Assembly (NCBI GenBank): GCA_013387215.1
Contig: WARW01000003.1
Location: forward strand, 10,227 to 74,226
From: Patescibacteria group bacterium
GTDB lineage: Bacteria; Patescibacteriota; Microgenomatia; UBA12405
Reading direction: 5' to 3'
Length of the DNA stretch: 64,000 nucleotides
Shown: positions 1 to 8,614 of the stretch, one piece after another
How positions within the stretch are numbered: the stretch's first letter is position 1
How the letters are laid out: each line of letters begins with the position of its first letter
The notes under the pieces: model-generated
Told to the model about the DNA's origin: nothing
The model's input: the letters and a program-made list of their open reading frames with translations, nothing else
Database searches by the model: none
Translations under genes and position numbers: made by a program

Positions 1-168
1 ATTTTTGTTGACAATCCTCATCCGTTTTCAGAAATCATAAATTATGAATTTATTGCCGAAGAAGTAATCAGGACTATGGTGGGAAGTATCGGATTGGTTT
101 TAGCAGTGCCAGTAACCACTTTTTTAGCTGCATTAATGTTTAGACAAATTAAAAATAAAAATAAGTGA
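1..168 (+). CDS. 3' end of a membrane protein gene entering from upstream (possibly YibE/F family); partial
   Basis: Frame 1 is open from base 1 to TGA at 166-168. The tail ...EEVIRTMVGSIGLVLAVPVTTFLAALMFRQIKNKNK is a terminal TM helix plus basic end. The family guess is from memory only. Confidence 0.35.
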   Translation: MFVDNPHPFSEIINYEFIAEEVIRTMVGSIGLVLAVPVTTFLAALMFRQIKNKNK

Positions 169-1388
169 AACTAAAAATACTAATAATTGTTTTTTTCATA
201 GTTTCTTTTCTTTTTTTAAGACTTTATCAAATAGATAGGCGGGTAAACTTTTCAATGGATCAGGGTTTGTTTGCTTTAAGAAGCCTACAAATTTTTCAGA
301 ACAAAGAATTAACTTTAATTGGTCCTCCGGCTTCGCCAATAGTCCATACACATCAGTTTTTTCAGGGGCCATTAATTTATTATTCAATGATTTTTATTTT
401 AGGGATATCAAAGTGGAATCCTTTAATATCTTCCTATGTTTTAGTAGGATTAAACCTTATAAGCCTTTGGTTTTTATTCGCTGCTATTAAAACACTGTTT
501 GGAAAAAAGATTGCAGAACTGAGTTTAGTTGTTTATATATTTTTACCAGCATCAATAAATTTTTCTAATTTTTTATGGAACCCAAATTTTCTTTTGATTT
601 TGTTGCCCGTATTTTTATGGTTTTTGAGTAAGTCGATTAAATCTAATAAAATAAAATGGTTTTTAGGTGCAGGTGTAATGGCGGGCATTTGTTTACAATT
701 TCATTTTCAATTCACATTAATATTATTTTTAACTTTAATATTTTTTATTTATAAAAAAATAAAATGGCATGAAATTATTGTCTTTTTGATAGGGATTATT
801 GCTGGCTACTCACCTCTTTTGGTTTTTGATTTGAGAAACAATTTTTATAATATCAAAACAATTTTTGAATGGCTAAGGTTTGGTGGCGACGAAAAATTTA
901 ATTTTCATATTTACTATTTTCTGGCATTTATTCCGCTAATTAGTATAGTTGCAGGAATGATTCTGAATAAATTGAATAATAAATTTATTCAATATGGATT
1001 AATATTAATTCTTATAATCTATTCTTTTTTTACTAAATATACTGAAACTGAAGCCTTTGGAATGCCAAAAGATTGGAGTTATTCAGAATTAGAAAAAACA
1101 AGTAAAATCGTTGAACAAATGGGGACCAATTTTAATGTGGTCAATTTATTGTCAGGCGATACTAGATTTTATTCTTTAAGATATCTTTTAACTAAGGACC
1201 AAAAAAATCCCCGCAATGTGGACTCTTATCAATCGGCTGACGAATTATTTGTGGTTTCGTATGACATGGAAGAAAAGACTTTGAATAATCCAGTGTGGGA
1301 AATTAGCAGTTTTGGAAAAGCGGAAATAAAAAATAAGTGGGAATTAAACAAAAAAGTAAATTTATACGAATTAGTTAAGTCAAAATGA
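165..1388 (+). CDS. Polytopic membrane protein, GT-C fold glycosyltransferase-like (ArnT/PMT-like)
   Basis: 407-aa ORF with a GTG start overlapping the upstream stop. About 9-10 hydrophobic helices are followed by a soluble C-terminal domain. There is an acidic first-loop motif (SMDQGLF). Confidence 0.5.
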   Translation: MKLKILIIVFFIVSFLFLRLYQIDRRVNFSMDQGLFALRSLQIFQNKELTLIGPPASPIVHTHQFFQGPLIYYSMIFILGISKWNPLISSYVLVGLNLISLWFLFAAIKTLFGKKIAELSLVVYIFLPASINFSNFLWNPNFLLILLPVFLWFLSKSIKSNKIKWFLGAGVMAGICLQFHFQFTLILFLTLIFFIYKKIKWHEIIVFLIGIIAGYSPLLVFDLRNNFYNIKTIFEWLRFGGDEKFNFHIYYFLAFIPLISIVAGMILNKLNNKFIQYGLILILIIYSFFTKYTETEAFGMPKDWSYSELEKTSKIVEQMGTNFNVVNLLSGDTRFYSLRYLLTKDQKNPRNVDSYQSADELFVVSYDMEEKTLNNPVWEISSFGKAEIKNKWELNKKVNLYELVKSK

Positions 1389-1401
1389 AGTTTGATAAAA
1401 T

Positions 1402-1782
1402 ATGGGCATGAATAAAAATGATAAATATACATGTCCCTGCTGTGGTTATAAAGTATTTAACGAACAACCAGGATCATTTGAAATTTGTCCAATTTGTTAT
1501 TGGGAAGATGAAGCAAAACAACTAAGATATCCTAAGGAAACTGGAGCCAATAGAATCAGTTTGATTAAAGCGCAGGAAAATTACGAAAAACACGGCGTGA
1601 GCGATTTAAATTTAAAAATGCTGGTTCGTGAAGCAGATGAAAATGAGGAAAAAGATCCAAACTGGCGAAAGTTAGATTTAAAAAAAGATAAAATTGCTGA
1701 AAAAAGAGACAAGGTAAATATATATCCACACGATTTGACCAGGCTTTATTATTGGGAAGAAAATTATTTAGTTGAAGAATAA
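1402..1782 (+). CDS. Cysteine-rich CPCC-domain protein
   Basis: N-terminus CPCCGYKVFNEQPGSFEICPICYWEDE matches the CPCC small-domain pattern. The 3' end overlaps the convergent rnhB by 19 nt. Confidence 0.7.
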   Translation: MGMNKNDKYTCPCCGYKVFNEQPGSFEICPICYWEDEAKQLRYPKETGANRISLIKAQENYEKHGVSDLNLKMLVREADENEEKDPNWRKLDLKKDKIAEKRDKVNIYPHDLTRLYYWEENYLVEE

Positions 1783-2399
1783 TTTTTTACAGGTTTATAG
1801 GAAAAGCGATGAATCGGGCAAGGACCGAGTTTTTCTAGACCTTGCTGATGTGATTTGGTGCCATAACCCTTATTATTGACGAAATCATAACCAGGATAAA
1901 GCTTGTCGAATTCAGTCATTTCTTGATCTCTCATGACTTTGGCACAAATAGAAGCAGCGGCCACAGAAAAACAGTTTAAATCGGCTTTAATAACACTTTT
2001 GTAAGGACAATTTATGTCAAGTTTCATATTGCCGTCAATTAAAACAAAATCATAACGATTTTCAAAAAAAGTAATAGCCTTTTCAATTGAACTAATGATT
2101 GCTTGCTGAATACCCAGAGTGTCGATTTCTTTGGAACTGGAAGAAATTACTTTGAAAGGAAAATTACGCTTTTTGATTTCTTGAAAAGCAGACTCTCTTT
2201 TGGAAGGCAAAAGACATTTGGAGTCTTTAATATTTTTTTGAAAAAATTCCAAATCAAAATTATTAGTGTCCAACAGAAATGCACCAACAGCTACTGATCC
2301 AGCCCAAGGACCGCGACCAACTTCATCAATGCCTAGAATAAAGCGGCAATTTTGAGGGATTAAAGATTTTTCATAATTAAAGTCAGGAGTGTTTTTCAT
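1764..2399 (-). CDS. rnhB: Ribonuclease HII
   Basis: Motifs GIDEVGRGPWAGSVAVGAF, LIDGN and ASICAKVMRD. The start was moved to the internal ATG (MKNTPDF, 2399) because the 2462 start would overlap the divergent pepF. Confidence 0.9.
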   Translation of the reverse strand: MKNTPDFNYEKSLIPQNCRFILGIDEVGRGPWAGSVAVGAFLLDTNNFDLEFFQKNIKDSKCLLPSKRESAFQEIKKRNFPFKVISSSSKEIDTLGIQQAIISSIEKAITFFENRYDFVLIDGNMKLDINCPYKSVIKADLNCFSVAAASICAKVMRDQEMTEFDKLYPGYDFVNNKGYGTKSHQQGLEKLGPCPIHRFSYKPVKNYSSTK

Positions 2400-2430
2400 G
2401 GGAAATATTAGGTAAATTGTATAATAGAGT

Positions 2431-4206
2431 ATGAATATTTTAAAGTGGAACCTGGACGACATATTATCTGTTGAAAAATTTGATGAATTTTTTTGGGAAA
2501 TTCAAAATGATATTGGTTATTATCCACAACTAATTAAAAAACTAGACCCTCGAATGGAAGAGGAATTGTTTAAAGAGATAATAGATTTTGATGAAAATTT
2601 GAGCGAGAAAATTTCCAGATTGAGTTATCTGCCTCACTTAATGGAAACTACCAACCAAAAAGACCAGAAGGCTCAAATTTTAAAATCAAAAGCAGACCAA
2701 ATAATTGTTAGCTATGAGGAAGTTTCAAGAAAATTATTTCACTGGCTTAAGGGAAAAAAGGTTAACGAATTAGAGATTTTGGACAATAAAAATGCAGAAA
2801 GACTATTTGAATCGATTCCTGATTTGGAATTTCAACTTAAACATAATCGTGAAGCATCAAAATACGCTTTAAACGAATCTGAAGAAAACATAATTAGCAA
2901 TAAAAATATTAGCGGAATATTTGCAGTCAAAGATTTACGAAGACAAATATCAACTGGTTTTAGATATAAATTAAAGATTAAAAATCAAAAAACAAGAATA
3001 ATTAAAACACAAGCCGAATTAACAAATTTAGCGCACAGCTCTAAACCAGAAGAAAGAAAAGCGGCCTACTTAAGCTTGTTTAAAGAGTATGAAAAAAATT
3101 TAGATAAATTTTTTATAATTTATCAAGCAGTGGTTAAAGATTGGAATTATGAAGCAAAACTTAGAGGTTATGAAAGCGCCATCAGCATTAGAAATTTTAA
3201 TAATCATATTTCTAATGAAGTAATTGAGATGTTATTAAAAACCTGCAGTGAAAATAAATATGTTTTTCAAAAATATTTTAGATATAAAGCAAAAGAAATG
3301 GGGGTTGAGAAATTAAATCGTTTTGATATTTATGCTCCATTTAAGGCTAGGACTTATAAACACATAGAATTTAATAAAGCAAAAGAGTTGGTTTTAGAAA
3401 CATTTAAAGAATTTTCACCCAGTTTTTACAATCAGGCCAAAAAAATATTTGACGATAAACATATTGATTCCCACCCGAATCCAGAAAAAAGAAGCGGTGC
3501 ATTTTGTGCAACAATCAGTCCTAAAATAACTCCTTACATAATGATGAATTTTACAGGTGAAAAAAATGATTTATATACATTAGCTCATGAACTAGGACAC
3601 GGTATTCACAGTTTATTGGCAAATAATCATTATTATTCAAGTCAGCAGGCTACCCTACCTCTGGCTGAAACCGCTTCCACTTTATCGGAATTAATTTTGT
3701 TTGAAAAAACTTATAAAAATGAACACGATTCTAAAGTTAAAAAAACAATGCTGATTGACCAGATAGCAAGTTCTTATGCAAGCATATTGAGACAAAATTA
3801 TTTTGTGCTATTTGAAATTGAAGCCCATAAATTGATTAATTCAGGGTGCAATTCCAGCCAATTGTCGGAATTGTGGCTAAATACATTAAAGGAGCAGTTT
3901 GGGGATAGTGTAGAGGTGGATAGGGTTTTTAAAAATGAATGGGCTTATATCCCCCATATCTTTGATACACCATTTTATTGCTACAGCTATAATTTTGGAG
4001 AACTATTAAGTTATGCTTTGTATAGTAGATATAAAAAGGAAGGTTTAAGTTTTGTTTCTAAAATTGAAACGATATTGAAAAGCGGAGGTTCAGAGGATCC
4101 CGAAAAAATATTAATGAATGCTGGAATAAATATTAAGGATAAAAACTTTTGGCAGAGTAGTTTTGAGATAATAAATGAATGGCAATCTACATTAGAGAAA
4201 TTGTAA
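2431..4206 (+). CDS. pepF: Oligoendopeptidase F (M3B metallopeptidase)
   Basis: 591 aa, with the zinc motif HELGHGIHS followed by a downstream Glu (LAETAS). Length and layout are typical of PepF. Confidence 0.85.
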   Translation: MNILKWNLDDILSVEKFDEFFWEIQNDIGYYPQLIKKLDPRMEEELFKEIIDFDENLSEKISRLSYLPHLMETTNQKDQKAQILKSKADQIIVSYEEVSRKLFHWLKGKKVNELEILDNKNAERLFESIPDLEFQLKHNREASKYALNESEENIISNKNISGIFAVKDLRRQISTGFRYKLKIKNQKTRIIKTQAELTNLAHSSKPEERKAAYLSLFKEYEKNLDKFFIIYQAVVKDWNYEAKLRGYESAISIRNFNNHISNEVIEMLLKTCSENKYVFQKYFRYKAKEMGVEKLNRFDIYAPFKARTYKHIEFNKAKELVLETFKEFSPSFYNQAKKIFDDKHIDSHPNPEKRSGAFCATISPKITPYIMMNFTGEKNDLYTLAHELGHGIHSLLANNHYYSSQQATLPLAETASTLSELILFEKTYKNEHDSKVKKTMLIDQIASSYASILRQNYFVLFEIEAHKLINSGCNSSQLSELWLNTLKEQFGDSVEVDRVFKNEWAYIPHIFDTPFYCYSYNFGELLSYALYSRYKKEGLSFVSKIETILKSGGSEDPEKILMNAGINIKDKNFWQSSFEIINEWQSTLEKL

Positions 4207-4211
4207 TTAAG

Positions 4212-4234
4212 TGATATAATTTACATGTAAATTA
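4212..4234 (+). promoter_or_regulatory. Extended -10 (TGATATAAT, 4212-4220) overlapping a perfect 18-bp palindrome TAATTTACATGTAAATTA (4217-4234)
   Basis: Read directly. The palindrome equals its own reverse complement. It lies about 100 nt upstream of the small peptide ORF. Confidence 0.35.
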
Positions 4235-4337
4235 AGGGTAATGTTTGTTTATTTCAAACATGAAGTTCATTTTTTATTCATAATTATATTTTTTAATTAA
4301 TTGTTAATAATTAAAAAAATTAAGGTGGTGATAATAA

Positions 4338-4454
4338 ATGAAAAAATTAATGGAAGAAATATTAACAGATAAAAGTGCCCGAAACATGGCTCAAACAGAT
4401 GCTTTATCACTTGCTGTTGAAGAAGTTGGCGATCCATGGCAAAGTATTGCTTAA
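4338..4454 (+). CDS. Small peptide (38 aa), candidate ComX-like pheromone precursor
   Basis: ATG at 4338 is preceded by AAGGTGGTGA (4322-4331), and the stop is TAA at 4452-4454. Translation: MKKLMEEILTDKSARNMAQTDALSLAVEEVGDPWQSIA. It is not in the ORF track because it is under 60 aa. It sits 31 nt upstream of the kinase gene. Confidence 0.55.
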   Translation: MKKLMEEILTDKSARNMAQTDALSLAVEEVGDPWQSIA

Positions 4455-4485
4455 TAATTAAATTAAAACCTAGAAATTAAAACTA

Positions 4486-5961
4486 ATGCTAAAAACAATC
4501 ATAAACAAATTAATTTCTAGGTTTAATAATTACTTATTTAATTTTTCCCGGATAAGTGATGAAGATTTGAGGCGAAAGGCTAAGATTTTTAATATAATCA
4601 CTTTCTCTATTTTTTTATTGACTTTATATTCTCTTGCGACTTGGATATTTGGTTATTGTTTTATTGATAGATCTTCTGACAGAAATTTTAGCCACATAAT
4701 TCCAATTTTAGTACTTACACTATTGCCAATTATATTGTTAAAAGTTTCCTTATTAGGAAAACCAAGATTAGCAGCTTGGATATTAATATCATTACTATTA
4801 TTGGCTACATTAAGAACTTCTTTAATTTATGGTGTAAATGTACCAATGGCAACTGTAAGTTATGCGCTAATAATTTTTATGAGCGGAATCTTGGTTGGGC
4901 CATTAAGTGCTTTTTTATTAACAATAATAATTTTTGGTTGCTTGTTAAGCATTTTCTTTTCCCACACGTGGCATTTTATTGAGGTATATTCTGATTGGAA
5001 GAATAAATCTTCTGATATATCGGATATTCTGATATTGAATGTTATATATTTGGTCATTGCAATAGTGTCATGGTTATCGAGCCGAGAAGTTAACAAATCA
5101 CTTAAAAATGCTAATTTATCAGAACAGAAAGCTTTAATGTTGGCTGACAAATTACAAAAACAAAATGATGATCTGGAAAAAATAGTAGAAGAAAGAACAC
5201 AAGAACTTAGGGAACATCAATTAAAACAGCTGATGGAAATAAATACGTTGGCTGAATTTGGAAAAATATCAGCAGGATTATTACATGATTTGAAGAATCC
5301 ATTAACGGTAATTTCAATGAATTTAGACAGTATTAATGATTACGTTAAAGACAAAAATATTTTAAGTCAATCGGAATGGAAAAAATTAATCAACAATTCT
5401 TTATTAGCTTCCAGAACAGTGGAATCAATGGTCAGAACTTCGCAAAAGCAATTAATTAATGAAGATACTAAAGTATTATTTGATTTAAAAAAGGAAATTA
5501 AAAATACTTTAATACTTTTGAATACAAGAGCAAATAAGTTTGGGATAGAAATAAAATTTGTATGTAAAGAATCAATAAACATATTCGGTTGTCCAACAAA
5601 ACTGTCTAGAGTTTTAGCCAACCTAGTTGTAAATAGTATAGATGCTTTGAGGGATGCAAAAAGAGATTTTCCAAAAATAACTATTGAAGTTCAGAAAAAT
5701 AAAACTTCAATAGAAATTATGATTAAAGATAATGGCTGCGGTATTAAAGACGAAGACAAGAAAAATATTTTTCAAGCATTATTTAGTACAAAAAAAGAAA
5801 TGAATAATTCTGGTTTAGGCCTATTTATCAGTAAAACTATTTTGGATAGTTGTTTTAAAGGTACTATTAGTTTTAAAAGTACCTGGGGTGAAGGAAGTGA
5901 ATTTTTAATCGATATTCCGGTTTTAAAACAAAATGGAGCAAAAACTAAACAAAGTAATTGA
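4486..5961 (+). CDS. Sensor histidine kinase with a 6-TM N-terminal sensor region
   Basis: About six hydrophobic helices lie in aa 30-200, followed by a coiled coil. H-box SAGLLHDLKNPLT, N-box NLVVNSIDAL, G1 DNGCGI, G2 GLGLFIS. Confidence 0.9.
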   Translation: MLKTIINKLISRFNNYLFNFSRISDEDLRRKAKIFNIITFSIFLLTLYSLATWIFGYCFIDRSSDRNFSHIIPILVLTLLPIILLKVSLLGKPRLAAWILISLLLLATLRTSLIYGVNVPMATVSYALIIFMSGILVGPLSAFLLTIIIFGCLLSIFFSHTWHFIEVYSDWKNKSSDISDILILNVIYLVIAIVSWLSSREVNKSLKNANLSEQKALMLADKLQKQNDDLEKIVEERTQELREHQLKQLMEINTLAEFGKISAGLLHDLKNPLTVISMNLDSINDYVKDKNILSQSEWKKLINNSLLASRTVESMVRTSQKQLINEDTKVLFDLKKEIKNTLILLNTRANKFGIEIKFVCKESINIFGCPTKLSRVLANLVVNSIDALRDAKRDFPKITIEVQKNKTSIEIMIKDNGCGIKDEDKKNIFQALFSTKKEMNNSGLGLFISKTILDSCFKGTISFKSTWGEGSEFLIDIPVLKQNGAKTKQSN

Positions 5962-7807
5962 TAAAGGAATTGCCTTTTTAACTGATGAATTAGAAAAGAA
6001 TGTATATTTTGGATTTGAAAGCATATTTCCAATGATTTTGGTTTTTGATTGTCTTAATGAAATTGACAATAAAGGCAGCTACTTGATTAAAGCGAAAATT
6101 AAAAAAGTTTTATTGAAAGAGAAAAATGAATTATGGTCTTTTAATTATTGGAAAAGAAAATCGATAAAAAACAAAATAGAACCATATCCTGAGGATCTTG
6201 ATGATACATGTTTAGCACTTAGTGCTTTATATAGATTTGATAAAAAAGTTTTCAAGGGCAATGATCTTGCAAAAATAATTAATCTTTTAATATTGGCGGA
6301 AGAAAAGATAGGCGGCCCATATCGTACTTGGATATTGGCTAAAGAAAAGTCGGAAAAATGGAGTGATATCGATATTGCAGTTAATAGCAACATTGGATAT
6401 TTTTTAAAATTACAAAAAATTAAGTTAAAGAACTTAACTGAATTAATTGAAAATGGAATCATTAAAGACAAAATATATTCCCCTTTTTATAAAGGTGAGC
6501 TGCCCGTAATTTATTTTATTTCCCGTTTTTATAATGGGAAATTAAAAAATATTTTGAAAGAAAAACTTATCAATAAGGCAAATACTAGCGATTCGGCCTT
6601 AGATTTAGCTTTGATAATAAGCAGTTTAATCAGACTCGGTTATAAAAATATAAAAGAAGACTGGGTTAAGAAAATATGTACAAAACAATCCAAATCAGGA
6701 AATTGGATAGGTGAAGATTTTTATTTTTATGTAGACAAATTAAAACAAACTAATTTTATTGGTACTGAAAGCATTAGTACGGCTTTTATTTTGGAAGCTT
6801 TAACTTTATATATAAATCAAAAACTCAAATTTAAAGATCCATTGTTTTTAGAGATTAATGAGTTTAAAAAAGAAACAGTTTTCAGGCTAGAAAAAGTTTT
6901 TGAAAAGCATCCCGATAAATTAAAAAAGGAAATATTAACATTTATCAAAAACTTAGCTTCGAGCAGTGAATCAGAAATGATAATTGCGACGCCATTAATT
7001 GTTTTAAATTCTATCGATACGGAATTAAAGATCAAAATAACAAAAGATTTTATTGTCAAATTAGGACAAATTAATTTATTGGGATGGTGTGCATATACGA
7101 TTTACGACGATATTATGGACAGTGATTCTTCAGGAAAAATGATTCCAATGGCAAATATAATTTGCAGGGAGATGGAATCAATACTAGGCAGTCTTCCAAT
7201 AAACAAGGAAACAGGTTTTTTTAATTTTTCCAAATTTTTATTGCAAAAAATGGAAATAAGTAATTGGTTTGAACAGAATTATTTATGTCTTAACTCTAGC
7301 AATAATACAATCGATGAGTTTGATTATAAAAAGTTAGCCGATAAGTCTTTAGGACATGCATTGAGCTCAGTAGCAATTTTATGTTATTTGAAACAATCAG
7401 TAAGGTCTTTAGAGGTCCGTTATTTAATGAATTATTTTAGATATTTTATTGTTGCTAAACAGATGAATGATGACGTTCATGATTGGTTAGAAGATTTAGA
7501 AAAAGGCCAAATAAACAGTGCGAGTTATGGATTAATAAAATTTTTAGAAAAAAACAATAAAAGTATTTATAAAGAAATCATGAATAAAGAAAATTTAAAA
7601 TTAATTTTTTGGCAAAATATTGTTCCTGATTATTGTAATAAAATAATATATTTTTCAAATAAAGCGAAAAGAGCATTAAACCAATCCAGTTTAATTATCA
7701 ACAAACTATATTTATTGAATTTAAATAATAAGAATGTAGAATTATGTAGAATTGCATTAAAAGAAAGAAAAAATACATTAGACTTTATAAAAAATTACTA
7801 CAAATGA
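5933..7807 (+). CDS. Two-domain isoprenoid-enzyme-like protein: N-terminal terpene-cyclase/prenyltransferase-repeat-like domain plus C-terminal polyprenyl-synthase/ComQ-like domain
   Basis: DLDDT at aa 88-92 (nt 6194-6208) and a QW-type motif QSKSGNW at aa 252-258 (6686-6706). Two DDxxD motifs: DDIMD aa 392-396 (7106-7120) and DDVHD aa 513-517 (7469-7483), 121 aa apart. It overlaps the kinase gene by 29 nt and the regulator gene by ATGA. Confidence 0.5.
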   Translation: MEQKLNKVIDKGIAFLTDELEKNVYFGFESIFPMILVFDCLNEIDNKGSYLIKAKIKKVLLKEKNELWSFNYWKRKSIKNKIEPYPEDLDDTCLALSALYRFDKKVFKGNDLAKIINLLILAEEKIGGPYRTWILAKEKSEKWSDIDIAVNSNIGYFLKLQKIKLKNLTELIENGIIKDKIYSPFYKGELPVIYFISRFYNGKLKNILKEKLINKANTSDSALDLALIISSLIRLGYKNIKEDWVKKICTKQSKSGNWIGEDFYFYVDKLKQTNFIGTESISTAFILEALTLYINQKLKFKDPLFLEINEFKKETVFRLEKVFEKHPDKLKKEILTFIKNLASSSESEMIIATPLIVLNSIDTELKIKITKDFIVKLGQINLLGWCAYTIYDDIMDSDSSGKMIPMANIICREMESILGSLPINKETGFFNFSKFLLQKMEISNWFEQNYLCLNSSNNTIDEFDYKKLADKSLGHALSSVAILCYLKQSVRSLEVRYLMNYFRYFIVAKQMNDDVHDWLEDLEKGQINSASYGLIKFLEKNNKSIYKEIMNKENLKLIFWQNIVPDYCNKIIYFSNKAKRALNQSSLIINKLYLLNLNNKNVELCRIALKERKNTLDFIKNYYK

Positions 7808-8484
7808 ATATACTATATATAGAAGACGATAAACAATTAGCCAAAACTATCCAACAAAAACTGATTTCTCATTACAATGTTGATATCTCTCCAACTGGTA
7901 AAAAAGGCATCATTTTAGCCGAGAATAAAGAATATGATCTTTTTATAATTGACTACTATCTGCCAGATCAAAACGGAATTCAAGTTTGTAAAAAAATTAG
8001 AGAGGTTGATACCAAAACACCAATTTTGGTTTTTACTACTAACGATACTAAAAAAGATGTGGTTGAAGCGCTTGATGCAGGAGCTGATGATTATTTGACA
8101 AAACCATTTTCTTATCAAGAGTTAGAAGCCAGAATCAGAGCACTTGTAAGAAGAAACAGTCGTAAGCAGCCAACCAAGCAGATAAATGTTGGCAAATTGA
8201 CTATTAAATTGGATGATCAATATATTGTTTTAAACAAACAATATATTAAATTGCCGAGGCAAGAATATATGCTTTTAAAATATTTGACCACAAATAAAGG
8301 AAAATTGGTTTCACGAGAGGAACTCTATGAACATGTATGGGGTAGAGATGATTACTATAATTCAAACACAATAGACGTCCACATAAGGCGTTTGAGAAAA
8401 AGATTAAAAGAACTTGTTGGAGAAAACTGCATTAAGTCGGTTTATGGAAGTGGATATAAAATATATAATTTTCAAGAAGAATAA
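7804..8484 (+). CDS. OmpR-family response regulator (receiver plus winged helix)
   Basis: Receiver motifs (DLFIIDYYLPDQNG, the T of VFTTND, and KPF). C-terminal trans_reg_C pattern (TIDVHIRRLRKRL, GYK). Confidence 0.9.
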   Translation: MNILYIEDDKQLAKTIQQKLISHYNVDISPTGKKGIILAENKEYDLFIIDYYLPDQNGIQVCKKIREVDTKTPILVFTTNDTKKDVVEALDAGADDYLTKPFSYQELEARIRALVRRNSRKQPTKQINVGKLTIKLDDQYIVLNKQYIKLPRQEYMLLKYLTTNKGKLVSREELYEHVWGRDDYYNSNTIDVHIRRLRKRLKELVGENCIKSVYGSGYKIYNFQEE

Positions 8485-8614
8485 GTGGTTAAAAAAAATA
8501 TACTGACTTGAATTATGAACAAGTATCTTTTATGTTATTTTATACATGTTATGATGATATAATTGTTTATTCCAATACAAATAATATTTAATGTTTCTTT
8601 AAAAGAACAAAATA

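Noticed and set aside
2400-2462. Longer rnhB start at 2462 given by the ORF track
   Set aside because: It would add a hydrophobic 21-aa extension and overlap the divergent pepF start. The internal ATG at 2399 gives a normal RNase HII N-terminus.
4338-4454. Small peptide as a lanthipeptide, class II bacteriocin or lasso precursor
   Set aside because: It has no Cys, no double-glycine leader, and no nearby LanB/C/M, ABC-peptidase or lasso cyclase genes. The neighbours (kinase, isoprenoid-type enzyme, regulator) fit a modified signalling peptide better.
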